From positions 1-38,495 of IMG/VR virus record IMGVR_UViG_3300016649_000189: DNA of 38,495 bases; one strand, written 5' to 3'. The translations under genes were made by a program, and so were the position numbers. The notes below the pieces were generated by a model. That model did no database searches, had not been told where the DNA came from, and worked only from the letters and a program-made list of their open reading frames with translations. The stretch comes from a virus. Its lineage: Duplodnaviria; Caudoviricetes. Shown piece after piece: positions 34,525-38,495 of this stretch. Numbering within the stretch: position 1 is the stretch's first letter; each line of letters starts with the position of its first letter.

Positions 34525-35523
34525 ATGGCACTTATGTCCCGCTCCAACCCCGCCACTCTGGGAAGCTACTATCAGGCTTTTCTGAGCAAGCAGTTGGTTG
34601 ATCGCATCAAAAACACCCTCAAACTAAACGAACTCGCCCAACAGGTTGACCTGCCCAAGAACATTGGCTCCGCCTCTATTAAGTTCTTCCAGTTCGACAC
34701 CGTTCCGGCCAGTTCCAACGTGCAATCCCTGACCGAGGGAACGCCCATCAACACCTTCCGTGAGGTTGGTCTGAACAGCGTTTCCGTGTCGCTGACCCAA
34801 TACGGCGAAGCCGTCAAGATCAGCGATATCCTCAGCCAGACCAGCTTGGTCGATGTGCTGAAGGAAGCGACTGCGACTCTCGGAGAGGAAGCGGCCCTCA
34901 AGGCCGATGACCTGTCCCGTGATCAGCTTGTCACCGGAACGGACGTTGCTGGCAACGCAACCGACAAACGCTATGGCCAAGGCATTGCGTCCTTCGCCAC
35001 CCTTAGCTCGACTGCGGCGGCTTCCGCCTATCTCGATGCCGAGGATCTGTTGGATGCCGTTACCGCCCTCAAGGCGAACAAGGCCAATCCGCTGAACGGC
35101 CAGTTCACGGCGTTGGTTCCCCCGCAGGTCTCCCGTGACCTGCTTCGGGACACCGACTTCCTGAATACCGTTTATCGCAATCCTGAGAGCAAGGTCGGCT
35201 CCCTGTACAAAGGGGAGTTGGGCTCGTTCTACGGGGTGCGGATTCTGGAGCATCATAACCCATTCATCGAAGGCACGACTGCCGGAACGTATGATTCGGC
35301 TGGCTCCATCTATTCAACGGTGGTGCTGGGCGCAAACGCCTTCGGCGTGGTGAAGATCGCTGGCGACAGCCCCTTCTCCCCGAAGATGTACGTCCACACC
35401 GGAGCCGACAAGAGCGACATCCTGAACCAGACCATCTCGGCTGGTTACAAGGCGTTCTATGCGGCCAAGTTGCTGAACAGCAAACGTGCCGTTGTGATCA
35501 AGTCGAAGTCCCGCTTCGCCTAA
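34525..35523 (+). CDS. Major capsid protein (N4-gp56-like family)
   Basis: LPKNIG, LTEGTP, LTQYG...ISD, GELGSFYGVR, SDILNQ...GYK. Confidence 0.92.
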   Translation: MALMSRSNPATLGSYYQAFLSKQLVDRIKNTLKLNELAQQVDLPKNIGSASIKFFQFDTVPASSNVQSLTEGTPINTFREVGLNSVSVSLTQYGEAVKISDILSQTSLVDVLKEATATLGEEAALKADDLSRDQLVTGTDVAGNATDKRYGQGIASFATLSSTAAASAYLDAEDLLDAVTALKANKANPLNGQFTALVPPQVSRDLLRDTDFLNTVYRNPESKVGSLYKGELGSFYGVRILEHHNPFIEGTTAGTYDSAGSIYSTVVLGANAFGVVKIAGDSPFSPKMYVHTGADKSDILNQTISAGYKAFYAAKLLNSKRAVVIKSKSRFA

Positions 35524-35528
35524 ATCGA

Positions 35529-35837
35529 ATGGACAAGGGACTCATCATTATGATGGCTCCCAAGGCAACGAAGGGGAGCCCTGAAGAAGTTCAGGGTTCC
35601 CCTTCCGAGCCAGAGGCGAAAGCCTCCGGCTTATCCTTGGAGATACCCGTGTCCGAGCTTCCCGAAGGGGCGGCTCAGGGCGACATGGTGGAGATGAAGG
35701 GAAGACTTGTCTCCATCGAAGGCGAAATGGCCAAGATTGAGGTTGAGGAAGCCGAGTTCATGCCCTCCGAAAAAGAGGATGTGAGCGAGGAGTCCGTCCG
35801 CAAGATGGCCGAGGAATACGACTCCGAGGAGGCCTAA
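35529..35837 (+). CDS. Acidic hypothetical protein
   Basis: Follows the capsid gene; strong codon bias. Confidence 0.65.
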   Translation: MDKGLIIMMAPKATKGSPEEVQGSPSEPEAKASGLSLEIPVSELPEGAAQGDMVEMKGRLVSIEGEMAKIEVEEAEFMPSEKEDVSEESVRKMAEEYDSEEA

Positions 35838-35853
35838 GCAGGCCGTTCTCCCC

Positions 35854-36099
35854 ATGCCGATCTATCTATACGAAAATCGCAACGGGGAGATCGTCCAAGA
35901 GCTTGTCTCTGTGGATCAGAGGGACGGATTGAAAGGCCTTAAACGCCTTCCATCCGCCCCTTACATCCCCAGAGCCGCCGCCAATCCTGACTCATCCGAG
36001 GAGGGAGCCAAACGCTTCTACCGGACAGCCGAGGAGAAAGGGACTCTCAAGAGCCGGAAGTATTCCAAGTCCAGAGTTAAGGAGATTTGGGGATGGTAG
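35854..36099 (+). CDS. FmdB-like (MPIY.Y) small protein lacking Zn cysteines
   Basis: MPIYLYENRNGEIVQEL start. Confidence 0.55.
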   Translation: MPIYLYENRNGEIVQELVSVDQRDGLKGLKRLPSAPYIPRAAANPDSSEEGAKRFYRTAEEKGTLKSRKYSKSRVKEIWGW

Positions 36100-36332
36100 A
36101 TAAATCCAAGATGTCCTGTAACAATCCGCAAAGGACTCCCGATGGCCCGAAGAAGTTTGTGGTCAAGGCCTGCAAGGGAGGCGATGAGCGGATCGTCAGG
36201 TTTGGAGATCCAAAGATGAGCATTAAGAAGAACATCCCATCCAGAAAGGCGAGCTTCATGGCTCGTCATAACTGCTCCGAAAGGAAAGACCCGTTCTCAG
36301 CTTCGTACTGGAGTTGTAAGGCTTGGAGATAA
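36093..36332 (+). CDS. Small basic conserved phage protein (VRFGDP...RKASFMARHNC...YWSC)
   Basis: AAGGAG RBS; recognisable motif set, function unknown. Confidence 0.7.
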   Translation: MVDKSKMSCNNPQRTPDGPKKFVVKACKGGDERIVRFGDPKMSIKKNIPSRKASFMARHNCSERKDPFSASYWSCKAWR

Positions 36333-36335
36333 TTT

Positions 36336-37067
36336 ATGCCTAGCATCAAAGAAATCTATAATTCAATCGGGGAAGTTGAACTAAACGCCGACTCGATCAA
36401 CCTCAATGTTGACGGGCTGGAGGCGTTAGCCTCCACCCAACAGGCCGACATTGCCCTGATCAAGGCAGATGTGGATGACATTCGGGCGGATCTGGCCAAT
36501 GGCGTTACGATCAACCAGCCCGTTGCCATAACTGACAACGGAGGATCTGTAACAGTCGATGGCTCCGTATCTGTTTCCAATTTCCCAGCCACCCAGCCCG
36601 TTAGCGGCACGGTGACGGTAGCCCAAGCCACCGCCGCCAATCTCAACGCCACCGTGGTTCAGTCCACGGCCACCAATCTGAGGACTCAGGCAGAAAGCTA
36701 TCAGGGCGGGACAGCTGTGGGGTCGGGCAATCCCCTTCAGGTCACTTTGGCCAACACGGGGGCCAACACCACGGCCCTGCGGGTGGAGCCCAAGAACGGG
36801 GCAGTCACCCGCACCACGGGAGACACCGCCACCGCCAACACCAGCAAACAGGCCCTCGCCTCCAATTCCAGCCGCCGATACCTGCTCATCCAGAACATTT
36901 CAGACACCGATATGTATTTTAATTTCGGGGCGACAGCCACCACCGACAATATGCTCATCACCAAGAACGGCGGCGGGATCGTGTTTGAATCGGGCTACGT
37001 CCCTACCGATGCCGTCAATGTGATCTGCTCCGGTGCGGACAAGAAGTATTTTATCCTGAGCGCATGA
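36336..37067 (+). CDS. Head spike/decoration or fibre-base protein
   Basis: Coiled coil, VTVDGSVSVSNFPATQPVSG beta repeats, C-terminal jelly-roll-like RRYLLIQNISDTDMYFNFG. Confidence 0.6.
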   Translation: MPSIKEIYNSIGEVELNADSINLNVDGLEALASTQQADIALIKADVDDIRADLANGVTINQPVAITDNGGSVTVDGSVSVSNFPATQPVSGTVTVAQATAANLNATVVQSTATNLRTQAESYQGGTAVGSGNPLQVTLANTGANTTALRVEPKNGAVTRTTGDTATANTSKQALASNSSRRYLLIQNISDTDMYFNFGATATTDNMLITKNGGGIVFESGYVPTDAVNVICSGADKKYFILSA

Positions 37068-37079
37068 AGATGCAAAAGC

Positions 37080-37174
37080 AGATAGCAGATAGCAGATGGG
37101 AGATAGGGGCACTGCCAGCATCCCTATCTTCTATCTCCTATCTCCTATCTTCTCTTCGCGGCCCGGAGGGCCGC
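37080..37174 (+). repeat. Inverted heptamer arrays (AGATRGS x4 / YCTATCT x4) plus GC hairpin
   Basis: 37080-37107 pairs with 37123-37150; GCGGCCC-GGA-GGGCCGC at 37158-37174. Confidence 0.9.
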
Positions 37175-37179
37175 TAGCC

Positions 37180-38118
37180 ATGCCCTTCTTCGGCGGCGGG
37201 GCGAGCGTGGAACAAGCTGGCCCATATTCATCAAAAAATGCTAAAAACGCATTTGCTAATTCGGGCTATTACAGTGGCTCTGGATCAACCGCAATTCTTC
37301 CAGTATCGGCATCAAGATTTGACTCAACAAATGTATTTAACTTCGGCGATAGAGCCATATTTTTTTATAGATACAATATAAACAGAGACCTTACATTTTC
37401 TGGAATTTCAATAGCATATACGGCAAATACGGCAACATCGAAAACACTAACCTCTATAACCGAGTCTGGTGGAACAGCCACAGCCACATCAACAGCACAC
37501 GGATTTGCGTCTGGATCAAGAGTTTTAATTTCTGGAGCATCCCCATCTGTTTATAACGGAACAAAGGTAATTCTTTCGGTTCCGACAGCCGACACATTTA
37601 CTTTTAGTGTTCCATCTGGAACTGGTTCCGCATCTGGAACAATAACGGCAAGAGATTTTGTTGGAGCCGCTCTTTATGATTCTGATCCAGAAACCATGTT
37701 GCCACAGAATAAATTAGCTGATGTCGCATCAATTCCATCAACATCAAATGTTATTACTAATTTTGATTCTAATTATAATGCTAAAGCTGGAACATATTGG
37801 GTTGGAATATGTGGCTCAAGAATTTCAAACAATACCTCGCTTGCAACATTTGTTGCGACATCTGAATTTGCAACTGCAATAAATACTAATTTATTTGGAA
37901 TTAGAACAGGACACTTTTCTCAATTCAGGGGAGGCGTAGGTTTCATAAGCTATAATAACTCTGGGAACACTTCTGATGGAAATAGCGGAATGCCATTAAT
38001 AATCAATGGAATTGGCTCTTCAAATCCATCAAATAATGGAATTTTAATTTCAACAGACGCTTCTGCTGGAAATAACGCAACTTCAAAAATTTTTATGATT
38101 GGGCTTATTGTGGCATGA
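37180..38118 (+). CDS. Fibre / receptor-binding protein with inserted FCCH-like beta domain
   Basis: GGAGG RBS; S/T/G/N-rich; ATATSTAHGFASGSRVLISGA...YNG...TFTF; followed by a chaperone-like gene. Confidence 0.65.
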   Translation: MPFFGGGASVEQAGPYSSKNAKNAFANSGYYSGSGSTAILPVSASRFDSTNVFNFGDRAIFFYRYNINRDLTFSGISIAYTANTATSKTLTSITESGGTATATSTAHGFASGSRVLISGASPSVYNGTKVILSVPTADTFTFSVPSGTGSASGTITARDFVGAALYDSDPETMLPQNKLADVASIPSTSNVITNFDSNYNAKAGTYWVGICGSRISNNTSLATFVATSEFATAINTNLFGIRTGHFSQFRGGVGFISYNNSGNTSDGNSGMPLIINGIGSSNPSNNGILISTDASAGNNATSKIFMIGLIVA

Positions 38119-38441
38119 GTAAAACTATTTTTTATAGCAAAACTGGTGCTGATCCTGTTGTTATTGACGATAGAACACTAGATCAAGCAAAGGATGAGAG
38201 GATTTCTTATTTAAGGTACTTCATAACAAAACAACTAAATGAAGCTGGGTTAGATTCGGTTACACAGCAAAACGCCGCCCTTGGCATCTACGAACCCGCT
38301 AGGTGCGAGGCCATCAAGAACTACATTGCCGCCTGCCGAAATGAATATTTGCGGTGCAAGGCTTTGATCCTCGCCGCCACGACAAACGACGAGGCCGATG
38401 CGGTGCAGTTTGTCGCCCCGCCCGTGCCGGAGGGGATCTAA
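38115..38441 (+). CDS. Fibre assembly chaperone (DUF4376-like)
   Basis: TLDQAKDERI...YIAACR...ILAATTNDEADAV. Confidence 0.65.
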   Translation: MSKTIFYSKTGADPVVIDDRTLDQAKDERISYLRYFITKQLNEAGLDSVTQQNAALGIYEPARCEAIKNYIAACRNEYLRCKALILAATTNDEADAVQFVAPPVPEGI

Positions 38442-38460
38442 CGCACGAAACTTATCAAAA

Positions 38461-38495
38461 ATGATCATCACGGCAAACCAAACGCACGATTTGAA
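38461..38495 (+). CDS. Start of a truncated ORF (MIITANQTHDL...)
   Basis: ATG 20 nt after the previous stop; open to the window end. Confidence 0.35.
   Translation, partial: MIITANQTHDL

Larger units (their letters stand above)
1..38495. mobile_element. Near-complete temperate podovirus-type phage genome (circularly permuted, gap in fibre locus)
   Basis: Terminase, portal, scaffold, capsid, adaptor/nozzle, ejection proteins, lysis, integrase and replication genes are all present. No tape measure, tail tube or sheath, and no host housekeeping genes. Confidence 0.93.

Noticed and set aside
37080-37150. CRISPR mini-array or DGR element
   Set aside because: The repeats are contiguous 7-mers without spacers. 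No cas operon, reverse transcriptase or TR/VR pair is visible.
37096-37179. Upstream start for the fibre gene given by the ORF track
   Set aside because: The extension is just translation of the heptamer repeats; GGAGG supports the ATG at 37180.
38468-38495. GGCAAACC resembling a c-di-GMP-I riboswitch
   Set aside because: No supporting stems or GCAAAG partner visible; it lies within a probable ORF start at the window edge.
1-38495. tRNA genes, terminal repeats, stop-codon recoding
   Set aside because: No cloverleaf or T-loop motif noticed, the ends do not overlap, and core genes are intact under the standard code.

Overview
The window is a near-complete, circularly permuted genome of a temperate short-tailed (podovirus-type) dsDNA phage. 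Both ends break inside the variable fibre/receptor-binding locus, and no terminal overlap is visible. Gene order: Gly-rich fibre (partial), adaptor, nozzle, P22 gp14-like gene, three ejection proteins (the last a 1791-aa polyvalent protein with ART-like, HExxH zincin and LPD38-like regions), PD-(D/E)XK nuclease and muramidase. Next come a tyrosine integrase and an RHH-like repressor (minus strand) divergent from an Xis-like gene; ERF, exonuclease and SSB-like genes; DUF4406, dATP/dGTP diphosphohydrolase-like, GT9 glycosyltransferase, DnaB and FkbM-like genes. A minus-strand cluster of small early genes follows, then TerS, TerL, holin/spanin-like genes, portal, scaffold, N4-gp56-type capsid and head/fibre genes. 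The spanin-like lipoprotein suggests a diderm host. The most notable observations are: matched 8x9-aa and 8x18-aa repeat arrays in one ejection protein; an AT-rich enzyme payload in the giant ejection protein; a heptamer-repeat hairpin in front of a swapped fibre cassette; a GT9 gene flanked by two membrane micropeptide ORFs; an AT-hook in TerS next to A-tracts; and a shared operator-like motif over probable promoters, two of which look leaderless. All family assignments come from motif recognition by eye, not from database searches.
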